From Chloroflexota bacterium (GTDB lineage Bacteria; Chloroflexota; Dehalococcoidia; UBA2979): DNA of 64,000 nt. Position 1 is the stretch's first letter; every line of letters begins with the position of its first letter. Of this stretch, positions 49,340-59,501 are shown in pieces. Where the stretch lies: assembly GCA_027593235.1 (NCBI GenBank), contig JAQCIU010000002.1, positions 32,001-96,000 of the forward strand, written 5' to 3'. The position numbers were made by a program, and so were the translations under genes. The notes under the pieces were generated by a model, which saw nothing but the letters and a program-made list of their open reading frames with translations, did no database searches and was not told where the DNA came from.

Positions 49340-50500
49340 ATGACCACGACGATCACGAAGCTGACGCATTTCCTCGCGCATCCCGGACGTGGGAAGAACC
49401 TGCTGTTCGTGCGGCTCGAGACGTCCGATGGACGCCACGGCTGGGGCGAGTGCTATACGCAGGCCGATCGCGACACACAGGTGGTGGCACACCTCGATCA
49501 GCTCGAACGGTACGTGGTGGGCTGGGACGCGAGCCAGATCAAGCAGTTCACGGATGCCGCGTACAACGACTTCTCGGCGCGCCGCGGGGCGATGGACTAC
49601 TACTCGGCGATCTCCGGCATCGAGCAGGCGATGTGGGACCTCACTGGGAAGCGCGCCGGGATGCCGGTGCACGAACTCCTCGGTGGGCGGTGTCGGGATC
49701 GGGTGCGGGTCTACGCGAACGGCTGGGCACGGTCGTCGAGCCACGAGGAGCTGGCGGCGAGCGCGCGGGAGACGGTGGCGCGCGGCTTCAGCGCGCTGAA
49801 GTTCGATCCGGTGCCGGGGCCGTGGCGCACGCTGATCTCCCGCGAGCAGGAGGCCGAGGCCGTCGAGCGCGTCCGGTTGGTGCGGGAAGCCGTCGGGCCG
49901 GACGTCGAGATCCTCGTGGAGATGCACCGGCGGCTGGCGCCGATGCAGGCGGTGCGGATTGCGAAGGCGATCGAGGAGTTCCGACCGTTCTGGTTCGAGG
50001 AGCCGGTGCTGGCGGAGAACCTGACGGCGCTGGCGGAGGTGCGGCGCGCGATCTCGATCCCGGTGGTGACCGGCGAAGAGCTGTACACGAAGTGGGAGTT
50101 CCGCGAGGTGTTCGAACAACGGGCGGCGGACATCCTCAATCCCGATGTGTGCAACGTGGGCGGGATCCTGGAACTGAAAGAGATCGCGGCGATGGCGGAG
50201 CCGCACCTGGTCGCGATGTCGCCGCACAACTACAACAGCACGACCGTCGGATTGGCGGCGACGGTGCAGGCCTCGGCGACGATGCCGAACTTCCTGATCA
50301 CGGAGTACTTCGTGAACCTGGAGGAGTTCGGTCGCGCGGTTGCGGTAGAGCCCCTGCTGCAAGAGGACGGCTACGTGACGGTGCCGACAGCGCCGGGGCT
50401 GGGGATCGACCTCGATCCCGACGCACTCGCGCGGTTCCCGTACCAGCAGTTCCCACCTCGAACGATCGCACGCCTCGAGGGGTCTTCGACCCGCTCCTGA
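49340..50500 (+). CDS. mandelate racemase/galactonate dehydratase-like enolase superfamily protein
   Basis: GWGE, AMWDLTGK, VYANGW, KFD, WFEEP, TGEE, SPHN, PGLG. Confidence 0.92.
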   Translation: MTTTITKLTHFLAHPGRGKNLLFVRLETSDGRHGWGECYTQADRDTQVVAHLDQLERYVVGWDASQIKQFTDAAYNDFSARRGAMDYYSAISGIEQAMWDLTGKRAGMPVHELLGGRCRDRVRVYANGWARSSSHEELAASARETVARGFSALKFDPVPGPWRTLISREQEAEAVERVRLVREAVGPDVEILVEMHRRLAPMQAVRIAKAIEEFRPFWFEEPVLAENLTALAEVRRAISIPVVTGEELYTKWEFREVFEQRAADILNPDVCNVGGILELKEIAAMAEPHLVAMSPHNYNSTTVGLAATVQASATMPNFLITEYFVNLEEFGRAVAVEPLLQEDGYVTVPTAPGLGIDLDPDALARFPYQQFPPRTIARLEGSSTRS

Positions 50501-50656
50501 CGCTTCGCGCCGTCCTCGGGAGTGGCGGGTGCTGGAGAGCGCGAGTGTGGCTGCGGGAAGGAGCTAGTCGCAGAGGGGGCGTCGGCACTCGGGACGGCTC
50601 CTCGCCCCGCTACTTCGATAGGCTCCGGTGCAGTGGCGGACGCGAGGGGGTGCGGG

Positions 50657-52597
50657 ATGACCGAGGTGCTGGCGTACGGGGAGTGGCCTTCGCCGCTGGG
50701 CGCGGAGCAGGTGGCGAGCGCCGGGGTGCGGCTGCTGGCGCTGACGGCGCGGGACGGCGATCTGTACTGGGTCGAGGGGCGTCCCGCGGAGGGTGGGCGG
50801 CAGGCGATTGTGCGCCGCTCCGCCGACGGGACGGTCATCGAGGTGACGCCGTCCGACTTCAACGCGCGGACGCGTGTGCACGAGTACGGGGGCGGGGAGC
50901 ACTGGGTGGCCGGCGGCGCGGTGTTCGCCACAGGGTTCAACGATCAGCGGCTGTATCGGATCGACGAGCCAGGAGTTGCGCGGGCGATTACCCCGGAGCC
51001 GGCGATCGCCTCGGGAGAGCGGTACGCGGACGGGGAACTGTCGGCGGACGGACGGTGGATCTACTGCGTGCGGGAGCGGCACGCCGAGGGCGCGGAGGCG
51101 ACGAACGAGATCGTGGTGCTGGCAGCGGATGGCTTCGATGAGCCGCGGGTGGTCGCGAGCGGGTGGGACTTTGTGTCGTCGCCGCGGGTGTCGCCGGATG
51201 GGACGAGGCTGGCGTGGCTGAGCTGGGATCACCCTCGGATGCCGTGGGACGGCACGGAGTTGCGGGTGGCGCCGATCCTCGAGGGCGGCGCGCTGGGCGC
51301 GGCGGAGCTGGTCTGCGGCGGTGCCGAGGAAAGCGTGGTGCAGCCGCGCTGGAGCCCGGACGGGACGCTGCATTTCATCAGTGATCGATCGGGCTGGTGG
51401 AACCTCTACCGACGCGAATCGGACGGGAGTGAGACCGCGCTGGCGCCGATGGAGGCGGAATTCGCCGGGCCGGACTGGGTGTTCGGGCTGTCGGATTACG
51501 GGTTCCTCGATGACGGGACGCTGGTCTGCAAGTACGGATCCGACGAGGGGGCACGGCTGGCCGCGCTGCGGCCCGGCGGGAGCGGCCTGGAGCCGATCGC
51601 CTGCCCGTGGACCTCGATCTCCAGCCTGCAGGTGGACGGCGATCGGGTGGCGTTCCTCGGCGCTTCAGCCACGGAGGCGGCGGCGGTGATCGCGGGGCCG
51701 GCAGACGGATCGGACTGGCAGGTGCTGGCGCGAAGCCGGACGGACGAACTGGACGCCAGCTACGTGTCGGTGGCGGAGCAGATCACGTTCCCAACGACGA
51801 ACGAGACGGTCGCGCATGCGCTGTTCTACGCGCCTCGGCACGCCGAGGTGAGCGGGCCGGAGGCGGAGCGGCCGCCGCTGGTGGTGATGAGCCACGGCGG
51901 TCCGACGAGCGCGACGTCCGGCGCCTACAACGCAGCGATCCAGTTCTGGACGACGCGCGGGATCGCGGTGGTGGACGTGAACTACCGAGGATCCTCGGGT
52001 TACGGGCGCCAGTACCGGCGTGGGCTGAACGGGACCTGGGGGATCATCGATACGGACGACTGCATCGCGGCGGCAAGCTACCTCGCCAGTCGCGGGGACG
52101 CGGACGGGGAGCGGCTGGCGATCCGCGGCGGGAGCGCGGGCGGGTACACAACGCTCTGTGCGCTGGCGTTCCACGACGTGTTCCAAGCGGGCGCGAGTTA
52201 CTTCGGGGTCGCGGACGCGGAGACGCTGGCGACGGACACGCACAAGTTCGAATCGCGCTACCTCGATGGGTTGATCGGGCCGTACCCGGAAGCGGCGGCG
52301 ACATACCACGAACGATCGCCGATCCACTTCGCGGATCGGATCAAGGCGGCGGTGATCCTCTTCCAGGGCCTGGAGGACGAGGTGGTGCCGCCCGCGCAGG
52401 CGGAACAGATGGTGGCGGCCCTCGATGCGAGTGGGCTACCGCATTCGTACCTGGCGTTCGAGGGCGAGCAGCACGGGTTTCGTCAGGCGAAGAACATCGT
52501 GGCGACACTGGAGGCGGAGCTGTCGTTCTACGGGCAGGTGATGGGGTTCGAGCCGGTAGGGGTGGAAGCGGTGTCGATCAAGAACCTCGATCGCTAG
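50657..52597 (+). CDS. S9 (prolyl oligopeptidase family) peptidase
   Basis: YGEWPSP, HEYGGG, HGGPT, GGSAGG, THKFESRY, EQHGFR. Confidence 0.95.
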   Translation: MTEVLAYGEWPSPLGAEQVASAGVRLLALTARDGDLYWVEGRPAEGGRQAIVRRSADGTVIEVTPSDFNARTRVHEYGGGEHWVAGGAVFATGFNDQRLYRIDEPGVARAITPEPAIASGERYADGELSADGRWIYCVRERHAEGAEATNEIVVLAADGFDEPRVVASGWDFVSSPRVSPDGTRLAWLSWDHPRMPWDGTELRVAPILEGGALGAAELVCGGAEESVVQPRWSPDGTLHFISDRSGWWNLYRRESDGSETALAPMEAEFAGPDWVFGLSDYGFLDDGTLVCKYGSDEGARLAALRPGGSGLEPIACPWTSISSLQVDGDRVAFLGASATEAAAVIAGPADGSDWQVLARSRTDELDASYVSVAEQITFPTTNETVAHALFYAPRHAEVSGPEAERPPLVVMSHGGPTSATSGAYNAAIQFWTTRGIAVVDVNYRGSSGYGRQYRRGLNGTWGIIDTDDCIAAASYLASRGDADGERLAIRGGSAGGYTTLCALAFHDVFQAGASYFGVADAETLATDTHKFESRYLDGLIGPYPEAAATYHERSPIHFADRIKAAVILFQGLEDEVVPPAQAEQMVAALDASGLPHSYLAFEGEQHGFRQAKNIVATLEAELSFYGQVMGFEPVGVEAVSIKNLDR

Positions 52598-52630
52598 TTG
52601 GGCCTCGGCGAGAGCCAGGATTGCGTGCGT

Positions 52631-52661
52631 GTTACATAACGATGTGGATTCTTACAGAATC
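52631..52661 (+). promoter_or_regulatory. putative regulator-binding palindromes upstream of the PAP2 gene
   Basis: GTTA-CA-TAAC and GATTCT-TAC-AGAATC in an unusually AT-rich spacer; TTACA repeated 20 bp apart. Confidence 0.4.
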
Positions 52662-52737
52662 GCTATCGCCGCTGGACAAACGGTGTAGGATCTTGAACTG
52701 TACTTAGCTTCACCGTAACTCCAGGGCAGGGGGAGAG

Positions 52738-53634
52738 GTGTTCGAACTCTTCACCGCTCCGGCCGCGCTGCGCGCGGTCACCCCGCTGCTGATCATCCTC
52801 GTGGTGGCAGGCACGACGTGGGCCGTTGGACAGAAGCGCCGCGTGCGCTTCTTGCGTGAGGCTGCGCTGATCATCGGTGCGTACTTTGCCTACTTCGGTG
52901 TGCGCGCGATCAGCGAGGGCAGCTCCTCGATCGCGCTGCACAACGCGCGGTTTCTGATCGCGCTGGAGAAGCGGGCCGGGCTGTTCATCGAGCCGAGCGT
53001 TCAGGGCGTGCTGTTGAGCAGCCAGGCATTCATCGACATCGTGAACTGGATCTACGTCTGGGGTCACTGGCCGGTGATTGGCGCGGTGGCGATCTGGCTG
53101 TTCGCGCGGAAGCCGAACGCCTACCGGACCTACCGAAACGCGCTGCTGATCTCCGGTGGCATTGGGTTGATCTTCTACGTCAGCTTCCCGGCGGCGCCTC
53201 CGCGGTTCACGAACCTTGGGCTCGTCGATACGGTGTTTAGCCAGTCCACTATGGCGCAATTGATGCAGCCAACCAGTTTCACGAATCAGTATGCGGCGTT
53301 CCCCAGCCTCCACTTTGGCTGGAGTTTGCTGATGGCAACGGCGATCTTCCGCGAGGCGAAACGGCAACCGGTACGGGTCGTGGCGTGGCTGCTGCCGCTG
53401 GGAATGCTCGTGTCGATCGTGGCAACCGCGAATCACTTCGTGGTCGACGCGCTGGCCGGCGGGATCGTGGCGTTGGTCGGGCTGCGCGCGGCGCTGATGC
53501 TTGAGCGCCCAGGCGCCTTCTCCTGGCTGCACTGGCCGGTGCCGGCTGCCTCGATGCCGGTGGCGCTGCAGACGGAGCAGAACCACGCAGTGGCGGCGGT
53601 CGACGAGGTCGGCGCGCTCGACATCCCCGCCTAG
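52738..53634 (+). CDS. PAP2 superfamily membrane protein (AUR1/Ipt1-like)
   Basis: FPAAPPRF, YAAFPSLHFGW, TANHFVVDA; multiple TM segments. Confidence 0.9.
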   Translation: MFELFTAPAALRAVTPLLIILVVAGTTWAVGQKRRVRFLREAALIIGAYFAYFGVRAISEGSSSIALHNARFLIALEKRAGLFIEPSVQGVLLSSQAFIDIVNWIYVWGHWPVIGAVAIWLFARKPNAYRTYRNALLISGGIGLIFYVSFPAAPPRFTNLGLVDTVFSQSTMAQLMQPTSFTNQYAAFPSLHFGWSLLMATAIFREAKRQPVRVVAWLLPLGMLVSIVATANHFVVDALAGGIVALVGLRAALMLERPGAFSWLHWPVPAASMPVALQTEQNHAVAAVDEVGALDIPA

Positions 53635-53673
53635 GGGGTCTTCGACCCCTGTTCTGACCCTTCGGGTTCGTTT
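53635..53673. terminator. tandem hairpins between convergent genes
   Basis: GGGGTC-TTC-GACCCC and ACCC-TTC-GGGT followed by TCGTTT. Confidence 0.5.
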
Positions 53674-53848
53674 AACGGTCTGCTGGCGACGGCAGGCCGA
53701 AGTGTTCGTGCGCGCGCGTGGCTGCGGTCGCGGGGTCGAGCTGCGTGTTGTCGATCCTCAGGTGGTGTTTGGGCCAGGGGAACGGGTGTTCCCTGGTCGA
53801 ATTGACGGCCGGCGGTCCGACGATGGCGACGAGCCAGGGGCTATTCAT
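53672..53848 (-). pseudogene. internally deleted P-loop (shikimate kinase/AAA-like) gene, 58 aa
   Basis: AAGGA RBS; MNSPWLVAIVGPPAV joined to NSTREHPFPWPKHHLRIDNTQLDPATAATRAHEHFGL; Walker A is cut before GK. Confidence 0.65.
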
Positions 53849-53940
53849 CGATTTCGTTCCTTACGCCGGGGACACAGACTATCGATCCTGAACGCAAGAT
53901 CGATCGCTCGCTAAGCTGGGCCTGAAGCGCCGGGAGTGCG

Positions 53941-54720
53941 ATGCGGATTTCGACGTGGAATGTGAATTCGATTCGGACGCGGGAGGACCGCGTGTTGTTG
54001 TGGCTCGACGAGCACGAGCCGGATGTGTTGTGCATGCAAGAGACGAAGGTCGTGGATGACGACTTTCCTCGGGAGGGGTTTGAGGCGCGGGGTTACGAGC
54101 TGTCGATCTTCGGACAGCGGACCTACAACGGGGTGGCGATCGCCTCGAGGTTGCCGATCACAGATGTGGCGCTGGGGTTGCCGCTCGACGGGGACGAGGA
54201 GGCGCGCGGGATCGCGGCGACGATAGGCGGAGTGCGGATCGTCGATCTCTACGTGCCGAACGGGCGGAAGCTGGGGACGGACAAGTTCGAGTACAAGCTC
54301 GCCTGGCTGGACGCGATGGCGCGATGGCTGGGGGAGCGATGTGACCCGGCGGAGCCGCTAGCAGTGGTGGGGGACTTCAACATCGCGCCGGACGATCGGG
54401 ACCTTCACGATCCGGCCGCCTGGGCGGGCGGGGTGATGTGCAGCGACGCGGAGCGTGCGCGGCTGCAGGCGCTGCTGAACTGGGGGCTGTTCGACTCGCT
54501 GCGCGAGGTGACCGAGGAGGCTGGGGTGTTCACGTGGTGGGACTATCGAGGTGGAGCGTTCCGCTTCAACCAGGGGCTGCGCATCGATCTTGCGCTGGTC
54601 ACGGAGCCGCTGCGCGCGCGAATCGAGTCGGTGACGTGCAGCCGGGACGATCGCAAGGTACGGGCGGGCGTGGAGAAGCCGTCCGATCACGTCCCGGTGA
54701 CGCTGGAGCTACGCGACTGA
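53941..54720 (+). CDS. xth: exodeoxyribonuclease III
   Basis: TWNVNSIR, MQETK, YNGVA, YVPNG, GDFNIAP, FTWWDYR, PSDHVP. Confidence 0.96.
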   Translation: MRISTWNVNSIRTREDRVLLWLDEHEPDVLCMQETKVVDDDFPREGFEARGYELSIFGQRTYNGVAIASRLPITDVALGLPLDGDEEARGIAATIGGVRIVDLYVPNGRKLGTDKFEYKLAWLDAMARWLGERCDPAEPLAVVGDFNIAPDDRDLHDPAAWAGGVMCSDAERARLQALLNWGLFDSLREVTEEAGVFTWWDYRGGAFRFNQGLRIDLALVTEPLRARIESVTCSRDDRKVRAGVEKPSDHVPVTLELRD

Positions 54721-54771
54721 CGCTGGGTATACGACGCGGAATTGTCGAAACGGTGGATGAAGGGGTAGCGG

Positions 54772-55551
54772 GTGACCGACGACTACAGCTCGATGATGGA
54801 GCGGCTCGTTGAGCTGGCGGTGCGCGCTGGCGAGGAGATCCTGGAGGTGTACGCGCAGGATTTCGAGGTGCTGTCGAAGGCGGACGAGTCGCCGGTGACC
54901 GCCGCCGATGAGCGGGCGGAGCGAGTGATCCTCGACGGCCTCGCGGAGATCGCGCCGGGGGTTCCCGTGGTGGCGGAGGAGAGCGTGGCGGCGGGGCATG
55001 TGCCGGACGTGTCCGGCGGCCGCTTCTTCCTGGTGGATCCACTGGATGGGACGAAGCAGTTCATCGAGCGAAACGGGCAGTTCACGGTGAACATCGCACT
55101 GATCGAGGATGGCGTGCCGCTGTTGGGGGTGGTGCACCTGCCGGCCCTGGCGGAGACGTACTGGACCGACGGGCGCGGTGGGGCCCGCCGTCGCGTCGGT
55201 GGCCGTGCCGCTGAGTCGATCCATTGCCGAGCGCCGGAAGCGGGTGGACTGGTGGTGATGGCCAGCCGATCGCACCGGAACCAGGAGACCGAGGACTACC
55301 TGGCGACGCTGCCGATCAAGGAACTGGATGCGTCAGGATCGTCGTTGAAGTTCTGTCGAGTCGCCGAGGGGGCGGCGGATCTGTATCCGCGGCTGGGGCG
55401 GACGATGGAGTGGGACGTCGCGGCCGGGCATGCGGTGCTGGCGGCTGCCGGTGGGTCGATGACGACGTTCGATGGCGGGGTGTTCGGCTACGGGAAGCCG
55501 GGGTTCGAGAACCCGCATTTCATTGCTCGCGGGCTTGCCGCCGTCGAGTAG
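54772..55551 (+). CDS. cysQ: 3'(2'),5'-bisphosphate nucleotidase
   Basis: KADESPVTAAD, LVDPLDGTK, SRSH, GSSLKFC, TMEWDVAAG. Confidence 0.95.
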   Translation: MTDDYSSMMERLVELAVRAGEEILEVYAQDFEVLSKADESPVTAADERAERVILDGLAEIAPGVPVVAEESVAAGHVPDVSGGRFFLVDPLDGTKQFIERNGQFTVNIALIEDGVPLLGVVHLPALAETYWTDGRGGARRRVGGRAAESIHCRAPEAGGLVVMASRSHRNQETEDYLATLPIKELDASGSSLKFCRVAEGAADLYPRLGRTMEWDVAAGHAVLAAAGGSMTTFDGGVFGYGKPGFENPHFIARGLAAVE

Positions 55552-55663
55552 CGTCGGGTTCTGGAAAACCTCCACCCGCTGACGTCGATGGCGCGCGGGT
55601 TGGGTCCCCCGTCTCCCCTCCGCGATACCCAAGTCCCGTCTCGTTGGTCGTCCGCTGGGCGCG

Positions 55664-56026
55664 TTAGTCGAAGATGACCTCGACGAGGGGGGCGCCGTCG
55701 ACCCAGGCGTCGAGCGGCGGCTGGTCGGCGTTGAGGCCGGCGACGATCGGCGCGAGCAGCTGGCGGCGTTCGGTTTCGTCGAGGATCGGGCGTGAGGTCG
55801 CCGAGAGATCGGCGTGGTGGCTGCCTTTGAGGTGGAAGGTGAACCGCGGCTGCGCGCGCAAGTTGGCGTACCAGGAGCGGCGACCGGGCCGTCCGGTGAT
55901 GAAGGTGCGGCCTTCGAGGTGGTGGAACCAGATCTCGATACGCCGTGGGTCGCCGGACGTGCGGCCAGTGGTGGTGATGTCGATGACCTTGTCGGTCTGG
56001 AGGGCGGCGGCGGCGGCGGTGTCCAT
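55664..56026 (-). CDS. deazaflavin (F420)-dependent nitroreductase-like protein
   Basis: ITTTGRTSGDPRRIEIWF, WYANLRAQP; GAGGAG RBS. Confidence 0.85.
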   Translation of the reverse strand: MDTAAAAALQTDKVIDITTTGRTSGDPRRIEIWFHHLEGRTFITGRPGRRSWYANLRAQPRFTFHLKGSHHADLSATSRPILDETERRQLLAPIVAGLNADQPPLDAWVDGAPLVEVIFD

Positions 56027-56224
56027 GGCTTCTCCTCGATCGCGGGTCGTGCCGCGCGTTGTTTCGTGGCGACGCGGCCAGATGAGGTGCGCAGGGTAGT
56101 GGTTTCCCCGCGGTCGGGGCCCGTCCGAATGGGCGGTCGATGGTGCTGCTGACCCTGATTCGGTGCCGAGCGGGGCTCTCTACACTCGCCTGATAGGCGT
56201 CCGCCTCGTGCGGAAGGGTGTGTC

Positions 56225-57574
56225 GTGAAGATTCCCGAGGTGCTGCGGATCGAGGTCGTGCATCGCGCCGGCAGCCTGGCGCGCGTGCTGGGCGTGGTTG
56301 CCGAAGCAGGACTGCTGGTTGAGGACCTCGTCGCCGTGGAGCGCGGTCCCGGCTGCACGATCTGGGAGCTGACAACGGAGCTGGACGAGGGCTTCGATCT
56401 GGCGCGCCTGGAGAAGATCAACGAGCTGCCAATCGCACGGCTGCTGGGCACCTCGGATCGGGTGTTCGCGCTGCATGAGGGTGGGAAGATCGAGACCCGT
56501 TCGCGGATGCCGATCGCGACGGATCAGCTCTTGCGTGACATCTACACGCCGGGCGTGGCGCGGGTCTGCCTCGCGATTCGCGACGACCCCTCGTTGCAGC
56601 GGGCGTACACGCGGATCGGGAACTCGGTCGCGATCGTGACGGATGGGACCGCGGTGCTCGGCCTGGGGAACATCGGGCCGGTTGCCGGGATGCCGGTGAT
56701 GGAGGGCAAGGCCGCGCTCTTTCACGAGCTGGCCGGTATCTCGGGCACGCCGATCCTGCTGCAGCCCGGGAGCCCCGAGGAGCTGGTGGAGACGATCGTG
56801 CGGATCTCCCCGACCTTCGGCGCGATCCAGCTCGAGGATATCGGTGCGCCGGCCTGCTTCGAGATCGAGCGCGCGCTGGTGGAGCGGCTCGACCGGCCGG
56901 TGTTGCACGACGATCAGCACGGAACGGCGGTGGTGGCGCTGGCGGCGTTGCTGACCGCGACGCGCCGATTCGGCATCGATCTGAGCGAGTGCACGGTTGG
57001 GCAGGTAGGGCTGGGCGCCGCCGGGATCGGGATCGCGCGGCTGCTGTTGCATCGCGGAATCAGCCACCTGATTGGCTCTGATCTGCGGCCGGAGGCGATC
57101 GAGCTGTTCAGCGGCTTTGGCGGGCAGCCGGCGGACCTCGAGAGCGTGATGGCGAAGTCGGAGATCGTGATCGCGACCACCGGTGTGCGCGGGCTGATTC
57201 GCCCTGAACTGGTCCGCGAGGGCAAGCTCATCCTGGCGCTGACGAACCCCGATCCCGAGATCGAGCCGGCGGTCGCCCTCGAGCGTGGGGCGCGCTACGC
57301 CGCCGACGGGAAGTCGGTGAACAACGTCCTTGGCTTCCCGGGGCTGTTCCGAGGCGCGCTCGACGCGCAGGCGCGCGCGTTCTCGATGGAGATGCTCGAC
57401 GCCGCGGCGAACCGCCTGTCCGAGCTGGCGACTGGCGAGCACCTGGTGCCGTCGCCACTCGATCGATCAGTGCACTCGCAGGTCGCCGAGGCGGTAGCCG
57501 AGGCCGCGCGCGGTGAGGTGCAGACCCCGCTGTACGAGGGATTGTCCTCGGAACGGGCGGAAGCGGCCGCTTAG
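56225..57574 (+). CDS. NAD(P)-dependent malic enzyme with N-terminal ACT domain
   Basis: [47 protein letters not shown]. Confidence 0.95.
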   Translation: MKIPEVLRIEVVHRAGSLARVLGVVAEAGLLVEDLVAVERGPGCTIWELTTELDEGFDLARLEKINELPIARLLGTSDRVFALHEGGKIETRSRMPIATDQLLRDIYTPGVARVCLAIRDDPSLQRAYTRIGNSVAIVTDGTAVLGLGNIGPVAGMPVMEGKAALFHELAGISGTPILLQPGSPEELVETIVRISPTFGAIQLEDIGAPACFEIERALVERLDRPVLHDDQHGTAVVALAALLTATRRFGIDLSECTVGQVGLGAAGIGIARLLLHRGISHLIGSDLRPEAIELFSGFGGQPADLESVMAKSEIVIATTGVRGLIRPELVREGKLILALTNPDPEIEPAVALERGARYAADGKSVNNVLGFPGLFRGALDAQARAFSMEMLDAAANRLSELATGEHLVPSPLDRSVHSQVAEAVAEAARGEVQTPLYEGLSSERAEAAA

Positions 57575-58041
57575 TCGCGCGCGATCGAGGCGACGACGGC
57601 CTCGGTCAGTGTGGCGAGGTCGGCGGGTGCCAGCACGATCTCGAGGCCACGCCGTCCGGCGCTGACGTAGATCGTTTCGTGGTCGTTCGCTGAAGCGTCG
57701 AGCGCGGTCGCCAGGCGACGCTTCTGGCCGAGCGGGCTGATGCCGCCCACGACATAACCGGTGGAGCGTTCGGCCTCGGCGGGTGGTGCCATCTCGGCGC
57801 GCCGCGCACCGAGGGCACGCGCGAGCGCCTTCAGGTCGAGCTGCCGGTCAACGGGGACGATCGCGGTGGCCAGTCGCTGACCGTCCAGCTTCGCGACGAG
57901 TGTCTTGAAGACGCGTCCAGGCGCGATGCCGAGCACCTCGGCGGCTTCGAGGCCGTAGGCCGCGGCGCGCGGGTCGTGATCGTAGGTGGCGATCTCGTAG
58001 GGGATGCCAGCGGCGCGAGCGGCGTCGACGCCGGGGGTCAT
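57571..58041 (-). CDS. ybaK: Cys-tRNA(Pro) deacylase
   Basis: YDHDP, VFKTLV, LDLKALA, TGYVVGGISPLGQK, SAGRRG; alternative start at 58065. Confidence 0.94.
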   Translation of the reverse strand: MTPGVDAARAAGIPYEIATYDHDPRAAAYGLEAAEVLGIAPGRVFKTLVAKLDGQRLATAIVPVDRQLDLKALARALGARRAEMAPPAEAERSTGYVVGGISPLGQKRRLATALDASANDHETIYVSAGRRGLEIVLAPADLATLTEAVVASIARD

Positions 58042-58115
58042 GGATCGCGATGCGCGTGCGGCCATGGGGGCGATGGTAGTGGCCGGGCGGATCGGGGTCA
58101 CGACTTACTGATATC

Positions 58116-58158
58116 AGGACGGATGTTCTTGTAAATCAGAACGTGTGTTCTATATGAT
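58116..58158 (+). promoter_or_regulatory. SOS promoter with two LexA boxes
   Basis: AGAAC-GTGT-GTTCT at 58138-58151 and AGGAC-GGAT-GTTCT at 58116-58129, flanking or overlapping TTGTAA (-35, 58129) and just before TATGAT (-10, 58153). Confidence 0.88.
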
Positions 58159-58187
58159 GACGGTCGCCTCTTGGCGGGGGTGTCCAA

Positions 58188-59501
58188 ATGTCGATCGCCT
58201 GTCTCCTCGTTCCATCGCTTGCCCTCACCTGTGAGCTCGTCGAGCGCCCGCAACTGGTCGGTCGCGCGGTCGCGCTCGCTGACGAGGCGGGCCTGCGCGT
58301 GTTCGAAACCACGCCACAGGCGATGCAACGAGGCGTGCGCGTAGGGATGACGCTGCGCGAGGCGGTCGCGCTGTGCCCGGCGCTCGCAGTCCTCGAACAG
58401 CGCCCGGCGCGCATCGTGCAGGCGGCCGAACGGCTGATCGAGGCGGTCGGGCAGGTGAGCCCGCTGGTCGAAGAGGTCGAGCCGGGCGTCGTGCTTGCCG
58501 ACCTCGTTGGTCTCGAAGGGCTGTACCCGGACACCGCGCGACTGGCGGAGGCGCTGCTGAAGTGGGCGCCTCGGGAGCTACGCCCGCGGCTCGGCATTGC
58601 CGAGGAGCGCTTCACGGCGATCGCGGCGGCGTATGCCGTCGAGTTGGAGCGCGCGCCGGACGTAGCGAAGCTGGGGCCGGGACTGTCTGCCCGCGGTGTC
58701 TTTGACATGACGCCGCCAACCGTAGGAGCGACAGCGCGTGTCGCCGTCCTCGATGCCCCGGCCCGCGAGGCACCGCGCTGGATCCGCGTCCCCCGAGGCG
58801 AGAGCGCCGCATTCCTCGCGGATCGTCCGGCGCGGCTGTTGCCGCTCGAACTGGCGGCGCTGGCGCAGCTCGCGCTGTTCGGCGTGCGTACCGTCGGCGA
58901 GTTCGCGGCGCTGCCGAGGCATGCCGTGGCGGCGCAGTTCGGGACGGCGGGCGATCGCGCCTGGCTTGCCGCTACCGGCACGGATCCGACGCCGGTGCGA
59001 CCGCGGCCGTTCGCGGGGGAGCGGGTGATCGAACAGAGCCAGGCGGAGCCGCCGCTGGTCAGCCGCGAGTCGATGGCGCTGCACGCCCGCCAGCTGCTGC
59101 ATCGGGCGATGCGCCAACCTCGGGCGTCACGCCGGTTCGTGCGCTTCGTGCGGCTGCGCGCGGTGACGGACGACGACCGGCTCTGGGAGAAGACGCAGAC
59201 GCTGCGTGAGCCGACGGGCGACCGCGACCGGTTGCTGATCGTGCTGCACACGTTCATCGAGTACTCGGAGTTCCCGGGGCCGATCGCGCACCTGGAGCTG
59301 GCGCTGGGTGGGCTGACCTCGGAACAGGGGCGGCAGGGCGGGCTGTTCCTCGATCACGCGCGCCGGCGCGAACAACTGGACGAGATGGTGCGGCAACTGA
59401 AGGTGCGCTTCGGCCGCTCGCCGATGACGCAGGTCGTGGAGGTGGAACCGTGGAGTCGACTCCCCGAACGCCGGTTCGCGCTCATGGACTACGACCCCTA
59501 G
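58188..59501 (+). CDS. imuB: ImuB-like catalytically inactive Y-family polymerase
   Basis: GVRVGMTLREAVALCP fingers motif; catalytic Asp and DE residues replaced (CLLVP, EPG); QGGLF clamp-binding motif; C-terminal PWSRLPERR. Confidence 0.85.
   Translation: MSIACLLVPSLALTCELVERPQLVGRAVALADEAGLRVFETTPQAMQRGVRVGMTLREAVALCPALAVLEQRPARIVQAAERLIEAVGQVSPLVEEVEPGVVLADLVGLEGLYPDTARLAEALLKWAPRELRPRLGIAEERFTAIAAAYAVELERAPDVAKLGPGLSARGVFDMTPPTVGATARVAVLDAPAREAPRWIRVPRGESAAFLADRPARLLPLELAALAQLALFGVRTVGEFAALPRHAVAAQFGTAGDRAWLAATGTDPTPVRPRPFAGERVIEQSQAEPPLVSRESMALHARQLLHRAMRQPRASRRFVRFVRLRAVTDDDRLWEKTQTLREPTGDRDRLLIVLHTFIEYSEFPGPIAHLELALGGLTSEQGRQGGLFLDHARRREQLDEMVRQLKVRFGRSPMTQVVEVEPWSRLPERRFALMDYDP

Noticed and set aside
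53780-53791. GAAC-GGGT-GTTC LexA-like box upstream of xth
   Set aside because: It lies 150 bp from the start, inside the coding remnant 53672-53848, lacks the flanking A/T of the imuB boxes, and does not overlap the likely xth -10 (TAAGCT near 53912).
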